A DNA stretch of 63,967 bases, counting the filler, from Blastocystis sp. subtype 4 (Eukaryota), in the NCBI RefSeq assembly GCF_000743755.1. It is 8 parts of 8 records of this genome, joined end to end, with 100 filler letters (N's around TTAATTAATTAA, not from the genome) between each part and the next. Parts side by side here need not be neighbours in the genome. Positions count along the whole stretch, not along the records: positions 8,509 to 16,853 come from NW_014569172.1; positions 16,954 to 25,295 come from NW_014569171.1; 6 more parts are not named here. One strand, given 5' to 3'. Shown piece by piece: positions 12,051-22,545 of the stretch. The stretch's first letter is position 1. Every line of letters begins with the position of its first letter. The notes under the pieces are model-generated. The model did no database searches, had not been told where the DNA came from, and saw only the letters and a list, made by a program, of their open reading frames with translations. A program made the translations under genes and the position numbers.

Positions 12051-14273
12051 ATGGTGAAATTGAACTTGAAAGGCCATCTTCTGTATGTTGGAGATGATGA
12101 TTTGCCACTTTTCATGATCTATGACGTCACTTTTCGATTACTGACGATTCCTCTATTGATATTAGCTTCACGAGAATACTTTCATGTGTTGCATTCCATT
12201 GATTCTAAGTGCGGAGTGATGGGGTTGCTTTGATCTTAGTTACTTATTCTACGTGTATTTATTTTGCCAGACTGTATCTCAGACAATTCTTTTTTCTGTA
12301 TTCTTCTTTTATTGTATCTGATCTAGTACGCTTTAACCATTCAGTTGATTTCATCCAAACAAAAGGTTCTGGAAATATCCTTTTTCCCCTAATTCTTGGA
12401 TTTCTTGATGTTGAACACGACATACTCCAAACAAATCGGTCATATGTATCGTATGCATTATCGCCATTTGCTTTTCTTCACCTCGATAACCATTGTCTTA
12501 ACTTTTTTGGTTCCTTTTTCTTCTTGATGTTAATGTTCAGGTCTATCGTTACTATTCGCCTCTTTCCAAGGCTTTTACTACCTATGTCTTAGTGTACAGT
12601 TATTTATCGGTGTTTGAGACATTTGTTACTGTTTCAGTAACTATGATTTTGACTTCTCATCGCTTCTCACCTTCTCAATTAAGTCATTTAGTGAGTTTGG
12701 TAGTTGGTTGTTTTGTGGGTGAGAGTCCCTTCACAGAGCGTGTTGTGGAAGGAATTACCCGCTTGTCCTCCTATCGGGATCTGTCCTATTCGGATGTGGC
12801 ATGTGGTGTGACATTGAATACTATCATTTGGCATCATAAACGTGATAGCGGATATGATCTTGAAGTAGTGAAGAATATGTGTGTTCATGAATACTTGGAA
12901 TACATTCGTACCCATCCAAAGCCACTAGCAAGACATCCAACACCCCAGCTAACAATAAGTGAGAAGACAAAGAATGAACTCATCCATTATGTTGAGTATG
13001 CCAATGCCATCTATGGAGTAACATTGTGATAACGAATTGATTGGTTGAATGATAGTGTGATGATGAGCAAGAAGATTGAATCAACTTCTCTTCTTCAACG
13101 TATTCGTACACGAACTCATTATAATTCGGAACGAACAATGAATGCTTTGATTGAAGAGTGTGGAGGAGAACTAATTCTAAATGTTGATAATGATGAGTAA
13201 ATAAGAAGAGAGACGATAAGGAATAGCATTGGAGTGATACCATGGCTTGTTGCATATGATTACGCTTATGATAGTGTGGTGATTGTGATTCGAGGAACAG
13301 CAACACCTACTGATTTCTTTACTGATATGATCAGTATGAGATTGAATAGTGTTCTATGTGTAGCTATTGAGTCAGTGGAGGATTTGGGTCGAGAATATGG
13401 ATTTGATGGTCATGATGAATTTACTCATGGTGTAGGAATAGAATGAGTGATGTATCTTAGGGTATCTTAAATGCAACCAAGAGTATCCTACACGAATTGG
13501 AAAATAATCATTTGCTGGATGCATTATTCAAGCGAAGTTTATATCAAACTGATATTCCTATCTCTCAATCCATTCTCAATCGCATCTCATCTCGTACTTC
13601 TCTTATCATTACAGGTCATTCCCTTGGAGGAGGTATCGCTGCCTTGTTATCATTATGTCTTCAATCTCAATACCCAAATCATTGTTATGCATATGATCCA
13701 CCGGGTCAAACTCTTTCACCACGATTATGTGAGCTCACTATTCCTTATGTTACATCGATTGTAACAGGGGATGACTGTATTCCTCGTCTTTCTGGAAATG
13801 CATTTGTGTGTCTTCAGGATAATATTGCTTCTGCTTTGTGTTGTTGTAATTGTACCAAGACCGAACTGAAGAAGAAATTGTTCTTTCAATGTCGGGATCT
13901 GAATCAATTATTCTATCCATCACTTGATGCGGTTCCTGAACAGAAGAAACGCTATTTGCAGCAATGGTTGATGCATGTAGCGATAGAAGACTGATCTGAT
14001 TTGTAGAGTGAAAAACATATTCGGGATGTTTGTAAGGTCTGCCTAGTTCCTGGAACCATTTATCAGGTGATGTTTGAAATGGGAGAGAGAAAGGGTCTCT
14101 TTCGAAGAAGACAGGAAAGGCTGTACTTGCGAAATGCAAAAGCAGACGATTTCTTTGATTTCCGAGCGAGTCGACATGGTCTGACACATCACTTTATTTA
14201 TCGAGTAAGAATGAGTATATATTGTTATCAATAGTATCCCGCTTATTTGCGCATGGCATTGGCCTCCAATTAG
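12051..14273 (+). CDS. lipase class 3 / diacylglycerol-lipase-like membrane protein (spliced)
   Basis: N-terminal TM segments, VVIVIRGT, ITGHSLGGG nucleophile motif, DCIPRL. Confidence 0.8.
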
Positions 14274-14306
14274 TACATTTCGGTTTTCGCATTGTTTGTT
14301 TACCGC

Positions 14307-16493
14307 ATGTATTCGTTGAGAAGGTCTGTAACAGTCCTGAAGGGAACGTATAACCTATCACAAACCGTGTTTGGGAGACGGTATTCGTCGATATCACGAT
14401 TCCTTCCCTGCTATAAAGCTCTCGGACCCAGAGTACCTTCAGCAAGATGGTTTTCAACTTCTGATTTGAATCTGGAAGACGATTATGTGAATCCTTTTCT
14501 TTAGTGGATAATTATGTAGATCGACCCAGACCTTGTCTTTAAGAATATCAGAGAACTATCTAAAACCAAAAGAATTGTCCCAGCGTCCATTACTTCGGCA
14601 TTACAAAACAAATCGATTACTTGTGATTTTGAAAAGAATCAAGTGATAATCTAAGAAGATTTCTAAATAGTAGTTGTCAACAATCGTCAAAACACTTAAG
14701 GAGTGTCAGTTGGAGAAGGAACAAGATCGAAACGCTGTCTATGAGAGTGTTTTAATTGCTTGCTGCAATAATCGAGACTATCTTGATGGATATACATTGC
14801 TCCTCGTATTATTGATATTTGAACTCCATATTAGGATTCAGATGTTCGTGGTATGTTACAGTCCCTTCCAACCTCCGCCTTTAATAGCATCTTTATGATG
14901 TTATTCAAGTACAAACAGTATAACAAAATCATCAACTTATACCGTTTAATGCAAAAGAATACCATTTCATTAAGTAGCAAGTATAACTATCGTTTCGACT
15001 TGAATCTAGTATCTTACTCACTGTACTTCGTTCATATGGAAATTGTTGCCAACTTGAAGATGCACTGAAATTAATGCGTTCTTCCATCGCTCAATTATTG
15101 TCACCAGATGACACTTCCACTCTCTTCAAATTCTATTCTGCAGGAATCGAAGTATGTTGCCATAACAATGATAACGATACTGCATTGAGTCTGTTACATG
15201 AGATGGTCGACAAAACAGATCATAAGATTCCAATCCCACGTAACTGTTATCTGTTGCTCTTTTCTCATTTTTCAACATCGATCGAGGGAGTGGATCGAAC
15301 AGAGATTAAAACATTTCTTGATGACATGTATGAATGAGGGATTCTGATAACATAGAATGAATGTCTGTAACTCCACACCATGTAACAAACAAGAGGTTCT
15401 CAATCATTATATTTTGGCTTTGATGAAAGTAGGGACTACTCTGTATATTCAGAATAGAGTGGAAATATTGATATAGCTCGTCAAGTGACTCTAGAAGCCT
15501 CGCATTCAGTTGAATTCAATGGTGAAACCTATACCTACTTACTAATGGGACTGAATCATGCATTGAAGCATCATACTCCTCCTCCTGATGTCACAGAAGA
15601 AGAGGAAAAAGCTCAGACACTGGCTCTTGCAATGACTCTTCTTCACAAGTATCGAAAGACGGGAACTCCCACATTGGAATTCTACCTTCAGATGATCACT
15701 CTTTTAGGTCACTATCATGAATATGATAAGCTAGATATCATAATCCAAAATATGAACAAGGATAAGATTGCTTTTGATGGACGGATGTGAGAAGTGCGTC
15801 TAGGTGTGAAGTTGTAGTTATTCTGCGTTAATCGACGCATTTGAAGATACACAACTTGTGATTGATATTTATAATGATGCTAAACACAATGTTGGGGCTA
15901 ACGGAAAGATTGACTTGTAGTTGCCCGCCTCTGATCCCTATGCGTCAGTTTTGTTTCCACCGGAATTGCAAACACAGGAATTTGATACATTCCCGAAAGT
16001 GATCAATTGTGCTCAACTTCAGCAATCTGCGTGCAAAACTACGATTCTTCAAGAATTATCAGAAGTTGTATTGAATAGCAAATGTAATGAATAGATGGAT
16101 ATCAATAATTTGGATTCGATTCATGATCTGATTTTGATAACTGGTACGTTCAGTGATTCCTTGATAATCAAGATTTCAATACTCCATCTAAGAAAGCCTA
16201 TTCAACTGTAACTTCCTTATTGAATTCATTACATATCTTCTGGTTCCAGGGGCCACGAGATGGACGTGTTTATGTTACTCGAGACGCAATCATGTATCTG
16301 TTCGGTTCATATCCAACTATAGTGATTACTTGACAAAAGCAAGTGAGAATAAGCATGTATATGGATTCAAGAAGCTGGTAATCATGCGATCCAAGTTGAT
16401 CCCACTCCTCTTGTTGTTAGTGTATATGTTTTGATTCTTATTGATTATAGACCCCTACCAATAGCATTTGAAGTAGTAAAAGGATGGTTTTGA
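14307..16493 (+). CDS. mitochondrion-targeted PPR-like helical repeat protein, possible C-terminal Smr-like domain (spliced)
   Basis: Arg/Ser-rich presequence; PPR-like units (FYSAGIEVCC..ALSLLHEM, TYTYLLMGL, YSALIDAF); LILITG near the C-terminus. Confidence 0.55.
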
Positions 16494-16953
16494 GCTGTTT
16501 TCAAGAAACACAAAGGCATTAACAAGCTTTATGCTCTGCTCTTCTTGCCCTTCTTACCTTTCTTGCCCTTCTTTCCCTTCTTTCCAACCAAATCTCCTTC
16601 CATTCCAGCAAGAGCCTTTCCAGTCCAACCAATCAACACAAGAAGACAAATGTTACTCACCAGTTGAGTCAACACTAATCATTATCAATTGTACTAACAA
16701 ATACTCATTCCCCAACCCAAGAAAGCAGATCGAGAATAGTTGAAAATACCACACAAGAAGCTGATTAAACCGCAAACACCTCCAATGAAAGCAGTCTTAC
16801 TATAACCAGCACTGAACTTCTATTTGTCAATCAAGGTAATGAAGAATCACATCNNNNNNNNNNNNNNNNNNNNNNNNNNNNNNNNNNNNNNNNNNNNTTA
16901 ATTAATTAANNNNNNNNNNNNNNNNNNNNNNNNNNNNNNNNNNNNNNNNNNNN

Positions 16954-17245
16954 AGATGGTATACAACTGAATGAGATGACAGGAGAGATTTCAGGTATTC
17001 CAAGTACCTTAGGAGATCCTATTGATGTCACTATTCAAGTATGGAATGAAGTAGGATCTGAAGAGACAACCTTGACTCTTGTTGTGAAGAGATTCACAAT
17101 CTTGGCGATAGTATTGATGGTTATTGGTGGTGTAATCCTATTCTGTTTTGTAGTTCTGGTTATGATAAGAATCAAGACAAGAAAGAGTAGTACTAATCAG
17201 GGCTCTATAAGATCACTGGAAAGAAAGTATTACCAGAAGATTTGA
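16954..17245 (+). CDS. C-terminus of a type I membrane protein with a putative Ig (He_PIG-like) domain (partial)
   Basis: GIQLNEMTGEISGIP..VWNEVGS followed by a TM helix and basic tail. Confidence 0.65.
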
Positions 17246-17429
17246 AGATTTGGTGTAGAAATTGTTCTGAGAATCTGTTTTGTTGAGAAGTGCAATCTAT
17301 GTGCATCGTTGAGTTGATGCAAAATGAACGAATGCATCCAAATAATCATCATTCCTTGATATCGCCAAAACACTTTGGCATACTCCAATTTCAAACAATA
17401 TGAAACTACAAGGAAATCAACAACAGTCT

Positions 17430-18030
17430 TCTTATTGCTTTGACTAATTCCTAACTGTTCAAAGATAGATTGTAGATAAGCTTTGTTATCTTTTTTCCAA
17501 AGAAGGCAGTCATAGCGTCATCTTCTACAACCACATTCATCATAGATTTCAAAGTATTCTTCCCTACATACACATCATTACTATGCTCAACCAAATCCAA
17601 TGCACATCATTCTCAATATCCAATTCTGTTTCCAGTCATGATTGTATTCACATTGACTTTATTTGTTCAGTTGATTTCTCACAAGCACCAGATATCATAG
17701 ACATATTAGGTCTAACAGAAACAACATATAATCCAGGTGCAAATACAGGAACTAATATCATTGATATCACTAGAAACAGACAAGTGATACAAGTCTATTC
17801 TTCAATTGTACGAACATCTGATCTTAAGATTGCTAATCAGAATAACAATCTCATTACTACAATCATAATCAATGATCCTCAACTCAGATACTTGAATACT
17901 GTGAACAAGTCAATATTCCTATCATCAATCGATTTCATCGTATCTACTTCTCATTCAAAGATTTGGATGGTAATCTAATGAATTTGAATGCTGATTTTGA
18001 ACTTCAATTGACTATTGATGATGTTATGCA
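17430..18030 (+). pseudogene. decayed minor capsid (penton)-like gene of Polinton/PLV-type dsDNA virus, copy 1
   Basis: Intronless; FSQAPDIIDILGL..GTNIIDITRNRQVIQVYSSIV..NLITTI resembles the LG(F)..D..I.VY..IV pattern of single-jelly-roll pentons; frame disrupted at both ends. Confidence 0.5.
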
Positions 18031-18112
18031 TCAAACTGAACCGAACGCAAATCACTCATACGAACTCCTGACATGTTCAAATGACTAAACGAACACACAT
18101 TGTTCAATCCCA

Positions 18113-18423
18113 TTATTGAGTAGACATACAATCCACTAATGGACTTGTTTCAAATGATATCATCTGTTTTACCAGATTACTGTAGATTCGAATACATTTC
18201 AATCCACTTGATAGATCCACTGGTTCTCTTCCTTTCACACCATTTGCCTGAATCTTATCAAATCCCAATATCGACTCAAATCAGGTGCTTGTTGAAATAC
18301 TAGATCATAAGCAGGACCAGAAGGATGTGCATATCCATCTTCTGTGAATGTGAGATATGAACCAAACATCTCTTCTTCTTGATCATAGTATCCTACTTCA
18401 ACAACGATAATGATAACAAACAT
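18113..18423 (-). pseudogene. decayed minor capsid (penton)-like gene, copy 2, frameshifted
   Basis: FQQAPDL/(frameshift)ILGFDKIQANGVKGREPVDLSSGLKCIRIYSNLVK aligns with copy 1. Confidence 0.5.
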
Positions 18424-18479
18424 AAATTATGTCATCTTCAACACAAATTAGTTAATGCAAATCAGTTAAAGATGATCAC

Positions 18480-19287
18480 TCCTTCTGTCGAATGATGTGA
18501 TCAAACGAATCAGCATCTCAACTGTTATCTTTAATTAATCATACTTGAACTCTGCAGTTCTCTGACACCACTAAATTCCTTATCTCCCAACTTAATCCCA
18601 TCTTCTGTTAGTGATAGAATGTCTAATTCAAATGCAATTCATCAATAATCTCCAATATCACTTTGCTTATTTGTATTAAACTGAAATCACTTCCAATGAA
18701 TACTAGAAGAGAAGGAAGATCTGACCTAACTATACTCTATCATTCCCACTTCTCATTATCAACTCATTTGATTCTCCTTTCTGACAGTCACCAATTACAA
18801 CCAAGATTCCGACACATATAGATTGAAGTTGAATCAGATCTCATTCATCATTCATTCAATCATTCATACTCTCAAAAACAACAGAATGACAACGAACGAA
18901 TGCACCTATATCTAGTTTAATTGATTTGAGAGAAAGGAGATTCTTCACTTCAAATGATTCATACAAACAGAATGAATTGTAACCGATCTGTATTTGTCTC
19001 AACAGACTACAATTCATTATCACACATTTGCTTCCTTCTTCACCGTTCTTCTCAAGTTCAAAACTCTTGTCTCCAATCTTCACGCTCTTCAGCTCATTAA
19101 GTCCATCAATCAAGAATTGAATCATATTCTTAAAACAACCATTTCCAATCTCAAGCATTTCAACTCCTTTCAAACAATTATTATCAAATACACTCAAATC
19201 ACTTCCATATCCATCTTCTAATCGTTTGATTGCACCGGATTCATCATTGCTGCCCACTTTTGACTTGAAATGAACTACTGCTTCCAT
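18480..19287 (-). CDS. leucine-rich-repeat (BspA-like) multicopy family member, possibly pseudogene
   Basis: LEIGNGCF..IDGLNELKSVKIGDKSF..LKSIKLDIGAF repeats; 3' exons and introns similar to those at 23850-25290. Confidence 0.6.
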
Positions 19288-19559
19288 TCTTTTAACATTA
19301 TCTTATCATTTCCCTGTATAGCTACCAAGGGTTGGAGGTCCTTGTTGGTGACGATTTGTTTGCTTCCAGTTTGTACGTGATATATGTCTAAACCTTCCCA
19401 TTTTGCCTTTACTACCACAGTTCGGAGTGTTGTGTGTTCCATCTGTGGATAAGTTCGACCCCTACAAGAGAATAGAATTGCTTTCTGGAGAGATACCATC
19501 GGAGAACACAAGAGTCTCTGCATTCTCTGTATCAGAGTCTACAAGAGACATCCTCGTAG

Positions 19560-20030
19560 CAACGGTGTGTCCTTCATCCAGCTTGCGTTTCTGTAGTGAG
19601 AGGAGTTTGAGAAGTTTCTGAATGGAATGATCATGGAGGTAGTGTCGAAATAATTACCTTTAGCTGTTGGAAGAAGCTGGATTACTTCAACACCTGTGTA
19701 TATCACTAATTCGATTATCAAAGATAAAAGATGACGAAGGTGTTGGACTAGCTACATCGAGTTTCTCATGATATCGATTCCTTGTACAAAGACAAGTTCT
19801 ACAAGCGAGTGGCGATTGCGGCTATTCGCTGTGCAATCCGTTTAGCCCAGAACCCTATCAATGAAGTGGACTACAAGAAACATTTCTCTCTGCTCCATTA
19901 CCACAAAGTTCATAAGAAGGGAGCTGAATACCGTGATGATGAGAATCCCGATAGCTTGAAGCCAATTTATGGCAATGAACCAGAAGAGTATCTGCAAAGC
20001 AGTAGAAGAGTTGTCTTTGTTTGCAGATGA
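19560..20030 (+). pseudogene. fragment resembling the C-terminal part of NatA auxiliary subunit NAA15, with stops and frameshift
   Basis: *FDYQDKR*RRCWTSYIEFLMI/DSLYKDKFYKRVAIAAIRCAIRLAQNP vs NAA15 pattern QFDFH..RK..RSYV..L..D.L....FY.KAA..AI..Y..L..NP. Confidence 0.5.
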
Positions 20031-20338
20031 TGTGGAGTGTTGGAGGTGTAAAAGGGAAGAAAGAAACGGGATTAACCATTGTTGACACTTATGGTGTAGT
20101 TTTCTGAGCATCATCCTCTGTACTCATTTGTGATAGATGAACGCCACACATATGTATCCTTGTCTGGAAAACGCATCCTATTCGAACTAAAGAAATCACC
20201 TCAAACGAATTGACGCTTATTTTCTGAAAGGGTCCTTACGAGTACTTGTTTCAGAGCAATGGAAATCCGGATTTAGTATATCAAGCAATCATCACAAAGA
20301 GTCAATCCAATATATAGAACAAACTAAAAGCAGGAGAA

Positions 20339-20671
20339 TTACTTCCTTATAAATGCAGAATCTGCTGCATTGACGTCATTATCGTCAGACATATATCGTT
20401 CCACTTTCATATGTAAATCATACTTTTCCCGAAGTTCCATGATTCTTGCCATCATTGGGGAAGCGTGGTGGACATCGATCGAGTGTTGGTCTTTCCAGCT
20501 ATCAATAAGAAGGACTGTTTCCGTGTCTTCCATTGGAAAAAAGTATTCATATCGAAGATTTCCGGCTTCACCACGAATATCAGTCACAATTCCACTTGAA
20601 ACCATTTCTTCTGCAAATCTCTTTGCACTTCCATTTGTACCAGTGTAATAGATATTAACTGTAATGACCAT
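20339..20671 (-). CDS. antibiotic biosynthesis monooxygenase (ABM) / putative quinol monooxygenase, bacterial type
   Basis: Intronless 110 aa; IRGEAGNLRYEYF..VLLIDSW..HHASPMM typical of ABM-family proteins. Confidence 0.85.
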   Translation of the reverse strand: MVITVNIYYTGTNGSAKRFAEEMVSSGIVTDIRGEAGNLRYEYFFPMEDTETVLLIDSWKDQHSIDVHHASPMMARIMELREKYDLHMKVERYMSDDNDVNAADSAFIRK

Positions 20672-21269
20672 AAGCTTGTATTCTGTTTATACGCCAATCC
20701 ACTAGAAAGCCCAATAACTACTCCCAATATCCTCAAAACTGTTAAGAGTAGTACAGTGGTTAACACCTAACCACTATTTATGATAATTATAATTATGTTA
20801 CATATTGTGGAGAGTTGTAACTGAATTGAAACACGGAAGTTATGCCAGTTCATATAGTCATTTCAACCGCGATTGTAATCAGTAATAAATGCTTCATTTT
20901 GATTGGTGTTTATTATCTGGTAAGAAACATACAACTAGCTAAACCTTCACATTCACGCTCAACCATATGTTGATGTAGATGTTAGAAGCGATTGAGACTA
21001 CTTCACCACGACGATTCTATTCTGATGATCCACTATGCTAAGGATTCTCTTCAGTTTCTCTGAAGTCTCTTCAATGGTTGTAAGTTTAGTGTATCTGATG
21101 ACCTAAGGCTAATTGAGATTGTTAATAACAAGCAATTCTACCACATCTATTAACGTGATGACATGGAGTTCCTCCAGTAGTGAGGTTATTAGTGTTCTGC
21201 AGAGGTGCCTCACCATATTACCTTAGGTCATTAGCATGCTGGCAACAAATAACCATACGAATTACGGTC

Positions 21270-21545
21270 TGTACAGAAGCATATAGTATTACCTTGGTTA
21301 CTTCTGATCCAACTCATTATTATTCTATTCTTTATAAAATGGCTAGAAGAATTCGTTATCGTAGATATCGACATGCCACAAGGCCCGCTTACACTGTCTC
21401 CCACAAGTACATCCGAAATGGTACATAATCTGTTCGCAGCATTAAAGGCTGGTATACTTCGTCATGCCATCCTCAACCATTCGCTCCTACTTAGTATTCT
21501 GCTACAGTATTCTTACTATTAAGCATCTTTGTGTCCAGCTACAGG
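21270..21545 (+). pseudogene. decayed CRESS-DNA virus capsid copy (ATG 21339) with its own origin hairpin (TAGTATTAC 21284-21292)
   Basis: MARRIRYRRYRHATRPAYTVSHKYIRNGT* then, via frameshifts, IKGWY..ILTIKHLCVQLQ, homologous to the N-terminus of 21870-22529; CAGAAG/CTTCTG stem around the nonamer. Confidence 0.85.
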
Positions 21546-21779
21546 TTTGTTATTTGTAAGTGTTTTCCGAATGTAGTAGATCCTACTGTTATCTCTATTG
21601 AAGGTAGTGATAGCATTGTATTATATATCCATAGCTAACAGAAGTGTTCTTAAGAATATTACCTAACTCAACCATGCTGTAGTTATAAGAGGTGTGACAA
21701 TACAGTCTGCCCAGAAGTACAAAGTATTACCTTATCTCACTTCCGTGCCAACCAATCAAATTCTTGGGATCCCAATGGG

Positions 21780-21858
21780 ATAATGACGGTTTTGGCCACT
21801 GCCCAGAAATCTATAGTATTACCCTTCACTTCTGGGCAATGACCCAAATAGTCATTAT
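21780..21858 (+). promoter_or_regulatory. rolling-circle replication origin stem-loop with nonanucleotide TAGTATTAC (21814-21822)
   Basis: Inner stem TGCCCAGAA/TTCTGGGCA and outer stem ATAATGAC/GTCATTAT around the canonical circovirus/nanovirus nonamer. Confidence 0.9.
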
Positions 21859-21869
21859 TTTTTTATGGA

Positions 21870-22529
21870 ATGGCTCACAAACTCCGCTACCGCCGCTATC
21901 GTCGATCTGGTCCCCGACCTGCCTACACGATCAACCACAAGTATATCCGCAACCTCACCTGGGATGCTCTCGGAGTCGAGGGCTGGTTTGCTGCCTCGGT
22001 TCAGCTGGTTAATAACCCGTCTATTCTTACCTCTAATTCTGCTGGCAATATACTTACTGTTAAGCATATTAAATGCCAACTCCAGAATCTGCCTACCTAC
22101 TTTGGAACCAACTCTACCACTGGGGTCTATAATTTCGGGCAACTAGAAGGTGGATGGATTTGTGTGTATGTTCCTGAGGGAACTAACCCAAACCGCCCTT
22201 TTCCTGACCTGACTACTGGTGCTTCTAGCTTGACCTTGTATGAACCTAATCAGTTTGTACTATATCATGGCACTTGGATGGAAGGTGGTTCTTACTATCA
22301 GACTAATCGTCCTGAACCTATTCTGGAGAACGGTGCTCTTGGCTATAACCGCTACTCAAATACTCCCCCTGGTAACCTCTGCCGTATTACTATCCCTCTC
22401 TCTAAAAGACTCAACCCCGGTGACTCTATCTATATGATCTATTATGCTAAAGGAGATCCCAACCTCATCTCCGGCACCTCTATTGAAGGCTGCGAAACTA
22501 TTGTATCCTACGCGTCTAAAGCTAATTAA
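21870..22529 (+). CDS. cap: CRESS-DNA virus capsid protein (single jelly-roll, Arg-rich N-terminus)
   Basis: Intronless 219 aa; N-terminal RYRRYRR arm; TVKH, VYVPEG, LYEPNQFV, KRLNPGDSIY motifs like capsids of gut-protist-associated CRESS viruses; adjacent origin. Confidence 0.85.
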   Translation: MAHKLRYRRYRRSGPRPAYTINHKYIRNLTWDALGVEGWFAASVQLVNNPSILTSNSAGNILTVKHIKCQLQNLPTYFGTNSTTGVYNFGQLEGGWICVYVPEGTNPNRPFPDLTTGASSLTLYEPNQFVLYHGTWMEGGSYYQTNRPEPILENGALGYNRYSNTPPGNLCRITIPLSKRLNPGDSIYMIYYAKGDPNLISGTSIEGCETIVSYASKAN

Positions 22530-22537
22530 CCTGATTT

Positions 22538-22545
22538 TGTTTGTT
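22538..22545 (+). terminator. host-type polyadenylation element TGTTTGTT downstream of cap
   Basis: Exact motif 8 nt after the cap stop, same as at host gene ends in this window. Confidence 0.7.

Noticed and set aside
21200..21830. Repeated nonamer/CAGAAG units as a CRISPR-like array
   Set aside because: Spacing and repeats are irregular, there are no cas genes and the context is eukaryotic; better explained as viral origins
21855..22146. Overlapping 93-95 aa ORFs on both strands within cap as a possible Rep or movement protein
   Set aside because: No HUH, YxxK or Walker motifs; most likely shadow frames
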